Under the pieces are notes generated by a model. The model was not told the DNA's origin, searched no databases, and was given only the letters and a program-made list of their open reading frames with translations. From NCBI RefSeq assembly GCF_963506605.1, contig NC_083280.1:35340001-35404000 (forward strand): 64,000 nt of DNA. The letters run 5' to 3'. The position numbers and the translations under genes are program-made. Within the stretch, counting starts at the first letter, position 1. Each line of letters begins with the position of its first letter. Origin of the DNA: Zootoca vivipara. Lineage: Eukaryota. Shown here piece by piece: positions 48,376 to 61,236 of this stretch.

Positions 48376-50330
48376 ATAGAAACCATACTTTTGTTTATTC
48401 CAAGCAGCTAATTATGATTTAAGAGTCTCAGCAGAGCTTTTAGAAAGCATATCTACCTCCTGATAATCAAGGCTTTGAGTAAGGTAGCTTCCATCATACA
48501 CCACACAAACCCAGTTAGGAATGACCCTATGATTTCAGCAGTACCAATGCCTATGACTGCAGGATTGCAGCCTTATACTGATTCCTAAATGCCTTTGCTT
48601 GGAAGGACTTGCTTCTGAGCAACCAAGTACAGAAGGCTCTGTTCAGTCATTTGAACAATGCAATCACCCCTAAGTCCTCCCTGCCCCCCACCTAGACTTG
48701 GTATTAATATTGTAGTTTTCCTTTGTGCATGTCTTTGTATACTTACTTTTTCTGCCCAGGCCTGCAGAGTCCCCCTTGCTTTTTAGACACCACAGATTGT
48801 TCTTTCTGTGATACCTACCCTTACCTTGTGCCAAGTGCTATGGCCCCTGTTTATCACCCCATCACATTGCAATGCCTGAATCAGCTGTTCAGGAGACAGC
48901 ATTTTCCCTTAGTGACTGAGGAGCAGTGCTCTTTGTGGCCGGATGGATTTTCTGTCTCTCGCTCTGTGTCACTGGCTTTCTCTTTGTTGCTTTCTCTCTT
49001 TATACACCTCCTTGTTTCATGTGCTCTTTTGCCCCCTCCGTTTTTCTCCTCTAGGTCTCTTAAGGGACCATTTCACTTAAGCGACTGCAGGTTGCTGAAA
49101 TCTACCATCTACGAGCCATTTCGTTTATATATTTTTCACCTTGATTATCCAGTCCTGTCCTTTTATTCAAAACACTGTTGTTTTCTCCAGAAAAGGCTCT
49201 CTTAAAAAGGAGCATCCTTCTCAGTGTGAAGGAGCAATATAATGCCTTGAAACACTTGCAAATCCCAAAACAAACAAGGACAGTCACATGGTTTTTGTGT
49301 CCTGTATGTGTGTTTGTTGACAGAATGCACTTATTTATCATTTGATTTATATAAATATTCATGTACCACCTACTGCACTAAGCTCAAGGCGGGGTACATA
49401 GATATATAAGGAAAATTAAAACAATAAAATTGTAATACAGTTAAATAAAGTGCTGATAATCCAACATGGCACATTGACCAAGCTCAAGCTTTCCCACTGG
49501 ATGTTTAATTCCTCTAAGTATATTTTAAAGACGCACTGAAACGTCTTCAGTTTTGCTGCTTGTCAGAGCACAGAGGGGAGTTGGTTCTGTAAAAAGGGAG
49601 CCAGTGCAGAGAAATTGCTCCCTTTTGTGATTATTCACAGCGGAATGGGTCAATAACAGTCCCAAGACACCCAAGTTGCAATGACGACAGCCCAAAATGA
49701 AACAAAAGGCAATTGTTGGCCTTTTGTACCAGAAACAGTAAGGTGCCCGCTTCCTTTCCTCCAGGAATGATGGAGAACCTGCTAGACATGCCACTTTTCT
49801 GTAAGATCCGTGACTTGGCAGAGAGAGAAATGACTCTTTGGGGACCACTGCTTCTTTGGTCTCCCGTTTTGTAATTTACCTATATTTACCCTTTCCCTCG
49901 TCTTTTTATAGGGCTGTGACTCCTCAGGTCTCCTCAACCTGGAGTAGCCAACAGCTTCTCTTGCCCTGAGTGTTATCCCTTTTTGAGATGCTGCTAAGAT
50001 TCTAACGCTTGCTTTTAGAGCTTGAGCCCCTTGGCCTCAGAGCAGAGATGCTTTGAGCAGCCATTGACATTTTGAATCTGCGGGGATTAGTTGCACTAAT
50101 TAACTGTGCTTCTAGGCCTCAGTGAACTCATTGCCTCTAGCTGAGCAATCCTGGGCATATTTGCTTAGAAGTGATATTCAGTGGGACTGACTCCCAGGTG
50201 AGTGTGCGTAAGACTGCAGCCATTTGTGCACAAGTGCAATGGCACAGTTATAATTCTATTCTCCTTCTACCATAACTAACAAACAGTCCCCCTTGGTAAA
50301 CTAGGAGTTCACTGCAGTTCCCCTGATATA

Positions 50331-50690
50331 AATGTAAAGGTACCCCAGATCATTAGGTCCAGTCACGGACAACTCTGGGGTTGCAGCACTCATCTCGCTC
50401 TATAGGCTGAGGGAGCCGGCGTTTGTCCACAGACAGCTTCCTGGTCATGTGGCCAGCATGATTAAGCCGCTTCTGGTGAACCAGAGCAGCGCACGGAAAC
50501 GCTGTTTACCTTTCCGCCGGTGTGGTACCTATTTACCTACTTGCACTCTGACGTGCTTTCGAACTGCCAGGTGGGCAGGAGCTGGGACCGAACAACGGGA
50601 GCTCACCCTGTCGCGGGGATTTGAACCGCCGACCTTCTGATCAGCAAACCCTTGGCTCTGTGGTTTAGACCACAGCGGCACCCTCATCCC
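50331..50690 (-). mobile_element. Sauria SINE
   Basis: Sauria body on the minus strand. Imperfect TSD ttcccc(t)gatata. Confidence 0.9.
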
Positions 50691-52017
50691 TTTCCCCGAT
50701 ATAGTAAATGTCTTTTTCTCTCTCCTTTTTTGGCAGAAACCTCACAGAAGTCTAATTTGTGGCCAATTGCACTGGTTCGCTGCAGCCTGCTCCCATGGCA
50801 CTGTGGCAAATTGTGCACCCTGCAGGGCACAGGCTGTTCTTGTTCTGTACCTGGTGGTCTAACTTTGTAAACAATTGATACTGCAGCAAAGCACTGATAT
50901 TGACACATTTGCTTACTTGGGGAAGGAAGAACCTATTGGAGACAACTACCGGTATAGATATGTCTGCCCTTGCTAACCCTCCCCTGCCTTCCTATTGTTT
51001 TGGATCTACGGAGCCCTCTGACTCAGAACGAATATCCCTGTCTGGAAACCAGGACTATAAAAGTGCTGTGTCAATTCGAATATGTTTTTTAGAGCAGCTC
51101 CTGATCGGAAGCAACGCGTCGTAAGCCAGTCAATCACGATCTTAAGGCGATGCGGTGACGAGGAAACAATAGCTGCTGCCCTCGAGCCTTTGGAGGCAGT
51201 TTACAGCGAGAGATTTTTGGAGTTACGTTACACGATCCCCAGATAGCGGGGGAGATCCAAGATCGATATCCTCCTGCGTGCGCGTACGTAGCGGGGAGAC
51301 TATTAGGGCCGATAATAGGCAGCATTTCATCCTGTACTGTTAAAAGCGCCCCGAGAAAACTCTGGCACTAATGCGGTTTCGTAAGGAGGCCACTTACTGG
51401 AGTTGGAAGGGAGAAACCGCGCGTAACCTACCAGCCATGCAATGCACGGGCCCGAAGCTCACTGCCTTACTCTTTCGCAGAAGCACGCCGGCCACGTGAG
51501 CGAGTCGCTGCCGACAAGCCTGACAATGGCTCTCTCTCTCGCCCTGTACCGCCCGATTCCCCCCTCCGCCTCCTTCCCTCCCCCTCGCGATAGAGCCTTA
51601 ATTCGCTTGGCAAGACCCAACGCTTTCCGATGGGAAAGAGAAGCGGGGGGAAAGGAGCGCTGCAGAAAGCGCTTCTTCTTTCTCCCGTCCCGCAGTAGAA
51701 AGTTGCAGCGTTGCTTCGGATCTCGCTGCTGCTGCTGCACATAAACGCGCCGGTTGCTTCTTTTTTGGAGCGGGGGGGGGGGGAGCGGCGGCGCCTGCGA
51801 CTCAAACAATGAGCAGCAGCGATTTCTGAAAGGAGACATCCCACGGCTGAGTATGTTGCTAAAGAGGGGGCGGAGCATAGGTTAGGGAGCACATGAGGGG
51901 GGGACGCTATACCCTACTCTGATTGGCCGTCGGGAGGCGTGATGCCACGTCCGGCGGGGAAGCCCTGCCTTGCTGTGTGGAGCCTCCTCTTTTTGGGTCT
52001 GGCTTTCTTTGCAGGTG

Positions 52018-52060
52018 GTGCTGCTGCTACTGCTGCTGCCGCCGCCGCCGCCTTGCCGCC
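52018..52060 (+). repeat. (GCT)n-(GCC)n compound trinucleotide repeat in the presumptive GPC1 5' UTR
   Basis: gtgctgctgctactgctgctgccgccgccgccgccttgccgcc. Confidence 0.85.
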
Positions 52061-52889
52061 ACAGCTCGCCGGCTGGATCGGACGCGCACCGAAGCGCGTG
52101 CCTGGCGCAGTTGTTCGCCGCTGCCTGGGAACAATCGGCAGCTCCCCCTCCTCCCTCCTCTTCATCCCAGCCTCAAACTTTGCCCATCGAAGCTTGCAGT
52201 CGTTTGCATTTCTCCTTGGCACCCCCAGCAACTCCCTCTCCACCTCGGGTCAAGAGATGCAGCCTGTCGTTTAATAATCATGCAGTAGTTCTGAGGATTT
52301 TTATATATTCTACACACACAAAAAGGAGGGAAACCGGATCGGTTCTTTTGTGCAAACCTGTCCCTTATACGCTCATTCTTCTCTCCGTGTGTGTGTCTCT
52401 GTGCCGTGAGAGCAGCAGCCGGCGCGCGGATTTAATTTCCTGGGATCTCCTTTTCGAGCGCTGCCCTCCAGCCGCCGCTTTCCTGAAGTGAAAACTCCTG
52501 CGCCCCTCGGCCGCTTCTCCTCCCTCGCGCCCCACCTTGGAAGCGACTTGACCCCGCGGCTTTCTGGGCCACCTTGCGCTCTTGCACCGCGCGGCGCCGC
52601 CTGCAGCACCGCTTCGTTTGGCTCGGGGTTGCATTGTTCCTTGCCCGCCCCTGGGGGTTTCCCCCTTTGCTTGTTGGAAGCGGAGCTGGGAAGGCAGGCA
52701 GAGGGAGGAGATGCCCAAGGGAAGGTGGAACTGAGCGACCGCGTCTCTCTCACCTCTCCGCAACCCGCCGGATCCCTTGTGTTGAGAAGAGAGAGGAGGA
52801 GGCGGCACAGCGAGGCCGGTTTGGGATCACCCGCTGCAGGTCCTTCTCCCTTCCTTTTTGGCGCGGGCTTTTAGGGCTACGAGGGCAGG

Positions 52890-53046
52890 ATGCGTTTCTT
52901 CCCGTGGGGATTTTGGCTGCTGTGGGTCGCCGCCTCGTCGGCTCGGAGCGACGGCGGCAACAAGCCGAGGAGCTGCGCCGAGCTCCGGCAACTCTATGGG
53001 GCCAAAGGATTCAGCCCGAGTGGGGTCCCCCAAGCGGAGATCTCGG
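52890..53046 (+). CDS. GPC1: Glypican-1, coding exon 1 (partial CDS; the gene continues beyond the window)
   Basis: Manual translation is [53 protein letters not shown], a signal peptide plus the GPC1 N-terminus (human: ...[31 protein letters not shown]). The ATG has A at -3 and an in-frame upstream TAG at 52872-52874. Phase-1 donor G|GTGAGT at 53046/53047. Confidence 0.95.
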
Positions 53047-55334
53047 GTGAGTAGATGCGTCATTTTACTAGTTCTCTGCCTTCACCGCCGTTACCGGCTT
53101 TCCTGCCCCAGGAGCGCCGGCAGGACCAGCCCCCGCTTCTTGGACAGGGAACCGGAATGGCTCCTTCTTCAGCCCCTTTTGCCACATCTCCGAGCAATGT
53201 GGGTAGCCAGGATCCTCAGCGAGATGCATGACTCGGGCAGGCTTGGTAACTAATCCGATGGAGAACGGAGAGGCGCGGGGTTAATTGAGCCCTGTAATCC
53301 ATATCTGAGCCTTGAGAGCTATCCCTAAAGAAGACAGCTGTCGAGCATGTGCAGAGTGCCGCTCCTTTCCTGTTGCGAGCATTTGTAGACGAACTCAAGT
53401 GTTGGGGCTCCGGGGGCGAAGGGGGGGCTTGAAGAATGCTTTGAGCTCCAGGGTTTTTCATTCTAAAACATGTGCACCGGGTGCAGGAAAGAGGTGCTGT
53501 GTACAGCAGATCGTGTATTGAACTCCACACTGCTTTGTGTTCTGAAAGGTAGGGATGTGTGGAGTGGGGAGGTCTTACTGATGCAATTTCTGTAATTCAT
53601 CCATCTAACAAACCATTTTGATGTTGGTGTCTTAAGTAACTAGTTTAGGGGAAAGACCCGAGGCTCTTCGCCTTTCTTCTCAACCCCCACCCCCCTCTAT
53701 TCAGCACCTTCCCATTTTTCCATTTCCTTTTGTCAGCTGCAACTTAACCACCACAGTATTTCCTGGAACTTTGTGTTGAGTTTTTGTTGAGACGGTTCTT
53801 GCAAAACCAGCATCTGCTGAAGATTCTGCTTTTGAAGGGAGGGTTGACAATCTCTTTCTGTGAGACATTTTCTTAAAACCAAGTTTTCACCAAAACACAT
53901 CATTTCCAGTGTCACTGCCTCAAAATTGAGTTTCATTTGTAATATAGAGGGCTCTCTTGCCTCCTGCTTCCAACCCTCTGCTGCTAAGGGCAATGTGATA
54001 TTGTGTGTGTGTGATTTGCTGTGTTTATAAATAAACAAATAAATCTGCCCTTAGCATAAGGCTGTAATGCAGTCTGGAGGATTTGAGCTAGAAGTGTGGT
54101 GTGGTCCGTTTGGATAATGAAAAACTCTTGTGATTGGTTTCAAAGTTAGAGAATGCCACAAGGTAATAAGAGAATAGATGGTGTGCTCCATCTTTTTGAG
54201 AAGGAAGAGGCTTAAAGACCAGCTGGCAATAAAAAGAAAAGAAAATGACACACAAATGCCCAGCTGTTTGAGGAAGTTAGCGGAAGATGCAGATTGCGGT
54301 AACTCCTGAAAGTTAGTTAGTTTATTTATTTACTTTAAAAGATTCACTTCCTCTGTATGTATTGGAGCCTTTCCATTTTAAAAAATTAAAACCTGTATCA
54401 AAACATGCAACATATGCAAAAATACAAAAGGTCTGGAGGAAATAGTTCATTTTAGCTGACTTGTGTGAACTTTTTCATTGAAACACAGCAGTAAGGTAAT
54501 CTTAGGGTAGGCATCAAAGCCAAACGACAGCGTTAGTCCATTAAAATTATGCTCTACAGTCAATTTCTGACAGTTGGTTGTATCCGCTACTAGGGATGCT
54601 CAGAGTAGACCCTTATAAATTGAAACACAAGAGTAGCTTTGTCCCATTAATTTCAGTGGGTCTACTCTGAGTAGAATTTGGTTAGATGGAACCTGTTGTT
54701 TGCTCAGATGTAAATCCCACTGATTTAAATTGAACTTGCTGCTTCCAAATAAGTTTGGTTAGGGTTGCTGTTCAGTAGTATGCCAGGCAGACCTAATAGT
54801 TTTACATTAATGTTGAGGAAGCAGTTACATTAGGTGGTATTTTAAGTTTTGCTCAGAGTAGACCTACAGAAATGAGTGGACCTTAGTCATGCCCATTAAT
54901 TTCAATGTATCCGAGTATGAATGATGGTGGATACATACAGCTCATAGTTTCCTTCATTGAAATATGGTGAGCTTTGAAAGAACGCCCCCTACAGAATGGT
55001 TTCAGTTGTCTTGTTAGTTTGCAATTGTTCACAGTTCTTCCTGGCTCCTTTGCTTCTTCAGGGATGAAATATTTTTTTACTTTGATAGTCAAGCATGATG
55101 TTCATAAGACTTGGACAAGTACTGCTTTTTAACTTTCTGCAGTGTGAGATTAGTTGCTCCCTAAGGCTGCAATCCTGTGCATATAGTGTTTGGGAGTAAG
55201 TTCTCTGGAAGTCATTGAGACTTGCTTCCAATTAAATATGCACAGGATTGGCCTGTGTGTCTTGTCCTTGCAGCTGCTCACATAGAGTAAGCAGATAGTT
55301 GAAGCGGGATTTTCCTTTTCTTGGCCATTTAAAC

Positions 55335-55442
55335 CAGGGGTGGGGAACCTATGGCCTTCCAGATGTTGCTGGACTTCCTTCAGCCAGCAGGAATGATAGA
55401 ATTGGAACCCTGCAACATCTGGCCACTGCTTCCTTATCCCCG
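55335..55442. mobile_element. hAT-type MITE
   Basis: caggggtggggaacc...ccagatgttgc...gcaacatctgg...tccccg. Perfect TSD atttaaac (55327-55334 and 55443-55450). Confidence 0.8.
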
Positions 55443-55655
55443 ATTTAAACACAGGGCTTAGTTCAGACTGCAACAAAACCAGAAGGGAGTTTTATTCCTA
55501 TAAATTATACCAAATACAGACTGGAACTTTATCTAGGTGTAGCTCAGCAGCATTAGGAGAAAACTGAAGAACTCAAGTCTATATGGGTGCAATGGAATAA
55601 CAGCACCATAGCATTTGGTGCAAGTTTACCTATTCAGGATCCCATTACTTTTACG

Positions 55656-55967
55656 CAGGGGTAGGCAACCTAAGGCCTGTGGGCTGGATGCGGCCCAATC
55701 ACCTTCTCAATCCGGCCCGCGGACGATCCGGGAATCAGTGTGTTTTTACATGAGTAGAATGTGTCCTTTTATTTAAAATGCATCTCTGGGTTATTTGTGG
55801 GGCATAGGAATTTGTTCATTTTTTCCCTTCAAAATATAGTCCAGCCCACCACCTGGTCTGAGGGACAGCCCACGGCTGAAAAAGGTTGCTGACTTTAGTT
55901 TCTGAACGTTTTGGAAGTCAAACGGACTTCCAGAACAGATTCCATTTGACTTCCAAGGTACGACTGT
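55656..55967. mobile_element. hAT (Charlie-like) MITE abutting the right half of a Tigger-like MITE
   Basis: caggggtaggcaacc...gcggccc...aaaaggttgctgac (55656-55893), then gacttccagaacagatt...aaggtacgactg, which is similar to the 13318-13861 family. Confidence 0.7.
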
Positions 55968-57479
55968 GTGTGTGTGTGTGTGTGAAGTCTTGTTTACTAT
56001 TTTTTAAAAAAAACCCACAGCTTTTAAAGTTTGTACCTACCTTCCTTGCCAGAAAGGTTTATGCCTCCAGGATATGATCATGCAGTAACTGATTCCACAC
56101 GCACCCCGAATATTTTTTTGCTCAGGTATGGGTTTCATGTGTCTAGTCTTAAATCCATTGTCTTATACCAAGAATATAGAATCAAGAACAGTTAGAAGTA
56201 ATGGGTTGGGCTAATTATAAGTATCAGTGTTGTGATGTCTGACGAATATATATGTAACTGACAAGGGTGTTAAACTATACCTTTTGATAGCATGTAGACA
56301 GGAGCAGTAATGTTACATACATACCATTATGAAAGCTGGTAGAGGAAGTACAGGGTGGAAAAATGAGAGAACGAGAGTGTGCTGTCTTATGAGCCATCTG
56401 CTTCTAGCACTGCCAGCTGTGTACTTAAAAAGGAATTCTTCATGTTCCTAGTTGGTGGTTGCCATATGCACTTCAAATTGGTAAAAATTTAGAAAGTCAC
56501 ATCTGTGTTGTGCTAATATCCGTCTAGTCACTGCTGTAACTGCTATATAAGAGTCAGTGTGTTTTGATAGAGCATGTGATTTGGACACTGGGAGCTGACA
56601 TGCAGAAGATTTTATGGTGGGTTTTTTTGGCGTTACCAGATGCAAGAGTTGCAGGCAAAGTGAAGAGCTGTAAACTACTTTACTGCCAGCCCTGTTTCCA
56701 AATGTATTGCTTTCCCCACTGCATGGCATTGCCTCCTATTGCTGTACTCTTTCTCCTATCCAGCTCCCCTCTATACTCACCTTCTGCTTTCCTTCAAAAC
56801 CTATTGGCAGTTTCTTCCCATCCCAATCAAGTCTCTGCAAATGCTTTATTCTTGTCACTGAATTCTAGACATAGTGTTCCTCCTTCCTTTCCTCTCTGAG
56901 ACTCCTCATTAGGTACCCTTTGGAGATCGCTGTTGCTAGCTCCCTTTTTCCAGGTTCCCCCCAGCCCCACTATGCGGTTTGAAGAAGGAATTGGCAAGGG
57001 GAGACGGCTCTCTAGAGTGCCTGCAAATATGCAAATGCATTGCTTATCAAGAGCTATTTCTGTATCTGTTCACTTTCCCGAGCTGTTCTTAGAGCCGTCT
57101 GAGAGTTCCATATGCTTCATAAACTATCCCAGTCCCTGTTTCATATGCTTTTTTTGGCTAGAAAGCTAAAGATTCCTGCACACTGCTTTGCTTTTCTGCT
57201 GTGATGGCCCAGTAGGCATTGATGTAGCTGGGCTCACGAAAAACCTGAGGCTGCTAAGAAAACGTAGCAGTCCTTGACTAAGCGGACAGATCATTTTATG
57301 GATTGCTTATTGGCAAGCTGAAGGTGCGGCCAGATGGAGAGCTTTCAGAATGGAGAGAATTGAGCACTGATATCCCATAAGGATTTACATTGCAGGTGGT
57401 GGTAATTAATGATTTGCAGTCAGCAGTGTACAGTGAGGTAATCACACTTGCTAATGATCCCCAATTGCCCACCAGATGT

Positions 57480-57700
57480 TTTGCCTGCCAGCAGCCTGCA
57501 CTTTGTTGCAGCTTCCAAATAGTCTTCAAGGGCAGCCCCACGCAGAGCACAGTACAGTAGTCCACCCAACACAACAGTGGAGGGGATTCTTCAAATACCA
57601 TCTCTGAGATATCCTCCACCAGCTCAGTCAGGGAGGCTGCTGGACAGTGGGGTGGGTGGCATGCCAGCAGCATCCCTGCTCAGGTTTCTCACCTAATATG
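57480..57700 (-). mobile_element. Degraded L2 fragments
   Basis: HPPHCPAASLTELVEDIS (endonuclease-like) joined to DYCTVLCVGLPLKTIWKLQ (post-RT) in minus ORF 57296-57673. Confidence 0.6.
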
Positions 57701-57772
57701 AGATACTGACCCTCACAACTGTTCATAGAGTGGATTGGCATTCTGGAGACTGGAATGGAGTCTCTATGGATG

Positions 57773-58578
57773 TAGAATCATAGAGTTGGAAGAGACCACA
57801 AGGGTCATCCAGTCCAACCCCCTGCCAAGCAGGAAACACCATCAAAGCATTCCTGACAGATGGCTGTCAAGCCTCCGCTTAAAGACCTCCAAAGAAGGAG
57901 ACTCCACCACACTCCTTGGTAGCAAATTCCACAGCCGAACAGCTCTTACTGTCAGGAAGTTCTTCCTAATGTTTAGGTGGAATCTTCTTTCTTGTAGCTT
58001 GAATCCATTGCTCCGTGTCCGCTTCTCTGGAGCAGCAGAAAACAACCTTTCTCCCTCCTCCATATGACATCCTTTTATATATTTGAGCATGGCTATCATA
58101 TCACCCCTTAACCTTCTATTCTCCAGGCTAAACATACCCAGCTCCCTAAGCCATTCCTCATAACACATTGTTTCCAGGTCTTTAACCATTTTGGTTGCCT
58201 TCTTCTGGACACGTTCCAGCTTGTCAGTATCCTTCATGAACTGTGGTGCCCAGAACTGGACACAGTATTCCAGGTGAGGTCTGACCAGAGTGGAATACAG
58301 TGGTACTATTACGTCCCTTGATCTAGATGCTATACTCCTATTGATGCAGCCCAGAATTTCATTGGCTTTTTTAGCTGCTGCATCACACTGATGACTCATG
58401 TCAAGTTTGTGGTTTACCAAGACTGCTAGATCCTTTTCACTTGTACTGCTCTCAAGCCAGGTGTCACCCATCCTGTATTTGTGCCTTTCATTTTTTTTTG
58501 CCCAAGTGTAGCACTTTACATTTCTCCCTGTAAAAATTCATCTTGTTTGCTTTGGCCCAGTTGTCTAATCTGTTAAGG
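57773..58578 (-). mobile_element. CR1 LINE 3' portion, young
   Basis: Uninterrupted 209-aa ORF2 C-terminus at 57842-58471 (EKDL...[10 protein letters not shown]...[13 protein letters not shown]...RRLRGD). Confidence 0.95.
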
Positions 58579-60000
58579 TTAGCAGCTCCTTCATTGGTCT
58601 GGACTGCTGCTTCACTGAGTACCTACACGGACAGAGCTAAATCTCCTCGGGTCTCAGGGATGCACACCATCATATTTAAATATATAACATGTTTATTCTA
58701 CTATTCACAATTGCCACATTTTGAAAAGAGACGATAGAGCTGGGAAAAGGGATTAGGGGTTTGTAACTCTTTCCACTTAAAAAGACTTTAAAAACTTTTC
58801 TCTTTAAAATCTTTTCTCAGTTGTTGTTTTTTTAAAAAAACTTGTTCTCAGAAGTAATGCCCTTTGATTTCTATGGGATATATTCCCTTTATAAGGCAGC
58901 AATCCCATGCATGCCATATTGGGTCATTTTAATTTAGAAACAAACAAAAAAAGAATCTACGATTAATGGAGAACATAAGGTGATGCCAACTTTGTGGAGA
59001 GAATGTATAGAAATTCTTTCAAAATTGCGAGGACCCAGAATCATCCCATAGAATTGATTGGATATAGGATCAAGGCAAGCAAAAGAAAATGTAAGCAACA
59101 TACAGTATACATTCCTACGGAATAGTGTGATGACGGTTGTATCCTTTATAATGATTTCTATTGCATTTTAGAGTTAACAATAAGACAATTCCTATGTCTC
59201 TTGTGTGTACCGAAATTAAAAATAACAAGTAATTGAATTTTTTTTTAAAATGGTTTTCATTGCATTTTGGAAGACAATTGCTTTTTTAAAAAGGTTTAAA
59301 TGGGACAAATTCATGGTTTTATGGCTTTTGCCTCTGAACAAAGATTCCATATATATAGTTAATGGGCTACAAATAGGGCTGTCAGATCACAAACTGGGAA
59401 TCCTCCATATTTTGCTCTTGAGAGAGGGCTGTAAAAGTTGTCCCTATGGCCACCTTCTTCCACAGGCCCCTTTGCTTGCATTTCTTTATCTCCTACTTTT
59501 GCTACTCTAGGCAGAAGAAGAGGTTGGGCAAAGGAATTGATGGACAATGAGGAAGGGTTGGTCTGGCAGCTGCACCCTAAATAATACAATAGAGCACCAA
59601 TCTGCTATGAGCTTATTTCTGACAACTAGCTGGCTGCCAGTGCAGGCAAAAGGCAGGAGTAGATGGAAATTTGGTCTGATGTTACGCTGCTTAATTGATT
59701 TTAAAGCAAAACCTGTTCAAGATAATATATTTAAGAGGTAAGATTTTTATCTTGCCCTCTTTGCTTATGTAGAAAGATGGTTACTTCTTCTCTTTGTACT
59801 ACATCAAACTCCATGGGTGATTCCTAGCCCCACCTGGAGATGCTAGGAAATTGAAGCTGAGGTCTTCTACATGCAAAGCAGAATATCTATCACAGATGTA
59901 AAAGAAAGTTTTACAAATATTTCACACAGTTGCTGAGGTCCACATCAAGCCTATTAGTATATAGTATAGGAGGTTTAAATTACTATTATTAATATCATTA

Positions 60001-60225
60001 CAGTGGACGCTCGGGTTACGAACGTGATCCGTGCGGGAGACACGTTTGCAACCCACAGCGCTGCGTCTTGTGCATGCGTGGGGCGTGATTCAGTCTTCTG
60101 TGCATGTGCAAAGCGTGATTTAGTGCTGTGCATGCGTGAGTGCCAATGCGTGAGTATCACGTTCGGGTACTTCTGGGTTCGGCGCAGGATGCAACCTGAA
60201 GCATTTGTAACCCGAGGTATGACTA
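60001..60225. mobile_element. Tc1/pogo (Tigger-like) MITE
   Basis: TA-flanked TIRs cagtggacgctcgggttac / gtaacccgaggtatgacta, with internal tgcgcatgcg-like repeats. Confidence 0.8.
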
Positions 60226-60962
60226 TAATGGTTATATTACTCTTTAGACAATGTATTTTCTCCAGATGTTACTGTTTCTTTGGATGAGGTAGGTAGAAAC
60301 ATGCTATGTACCCCTTATATCAGGACTTTTGGACAATTCTTTAGAAAAATCATTACCAGCTTTACTTGGCAGGCAAAACATTATCCAGTGCTGGTGTAGA
60401 ATTCCTGCCTGAATTAAAACTGCCTGGTTATAATTTTCTGGGCAATTCCAGTATTTTCACGCAGTTGCAGATTTAATCTCAGTGAGGTCCAATGAAGGGC
60501 TGACTTGCCCTATAAACTTAGGAGTCCTATGACTGGGTCTGAAGAGTACTGAAATGCAGACATGCTTATGCAGGGGGAACATAGTTTTTTAAAACAAAAT
60601 GTTTTAAATTGATTTGCCTATAAAGCATCTTGTTTGAATTTTGCTAAACTCATGCTCAAAACTCCCTTAGCTATGTGCCTCCCATTTGCATTTTCTATGG
60701 GCCTTTGGGCATCCTCTATCTTCCATGGGCCATTGGCTTCCCTAGGGAGCTTGCAAGTCTAATTGTTCAAAACACTTCTTCTCATAACCCCTTTGAACAA
60801 AAGTGGAAGTTGCCAACCATATTGCTTAACTTCATCTTTAAAAAAATAATTTGACCTAGATGAGTCCCTCAGAGTTTTGCTACAATGGCGTTGGAGAACC
60901 TCAGAGTTCGTGAATCCTCTCACTGAAATGAGTGGAAACGACAATATCACTCAGATTTTAAG

Positions 60963-61236
60963 TCATGGGTGGGGAACCCTTTTCAGCCCGAGGGCCATAT
61001 TCCTTTCTAGGGAATGTTCTGAGGGCCACATGTCGATGATAGACAGGATCAGAGTCAAAAGTGCATGAAGGAACAATTGTAACATTTACACATTCACCTC
61101 TCTGTCTTCCCTGCAGATAAGTAAGAAGGATTATCAGATCTCAATGACATATTTCAATTGGGCAAAATCTCTCAGGGCCAGAGAGTGTGTACTGGAGGTC
61201 TAAAGTTTGCCGCTAGGCCTGAGGTTCTCTAGCCCG
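60963..61236. mobile_element. Degraded hAT (Charlie-like) MITE
   Basis: catgggtggggaacccttttcagcccgagggccat ... ggcctgaggttctctagccc. Confidence 0.55.

Larger units (their letters stand above)
51100..53450 (+). promoter_or_regulatory. GPC1: CpG island / GPC1 promoter and 5' region
   Basis: CpG and GC content rise abruptly, and no TEs are recognisable. GC box ggggcgga near 51866-51874, inverted CCAAT box ctgattggcc at 51919-51928 and TGCCACGT at 51943-51950. The island encloses coding exon 1. Confidence 0.88.

Noticed and set aside
1-51000. OTOS or COPS9 exons (upstream neighbours of GPC1 in human)
   Set aside because: No matching peptide motifs (e.g. PYWPFSTSDFWNY) were recognised by eye. 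A tblastn would be needed to exclude short exons.
51442-53530. Numerous long overlapping ORFs (100-170 aa) on both strands of the CpG island
   Set aside because: These are expected from stop-codon scarcity in GC-rich DNA. They are low-complexity Arg/Pro/Ala peptides with no recognisable domain, and the real CDS is 52890-53046.
54570-55260. Short palindromic words (gagtagaccc/gggtctactc, ggctgcaatcct, cccattgaaatcaatggg) scattered through the window
   Set aside because: They look like remnants of an old, abundant MITE-like family. Boundaries are too decayed to annotate, and there is no evidence of a dedicated system.
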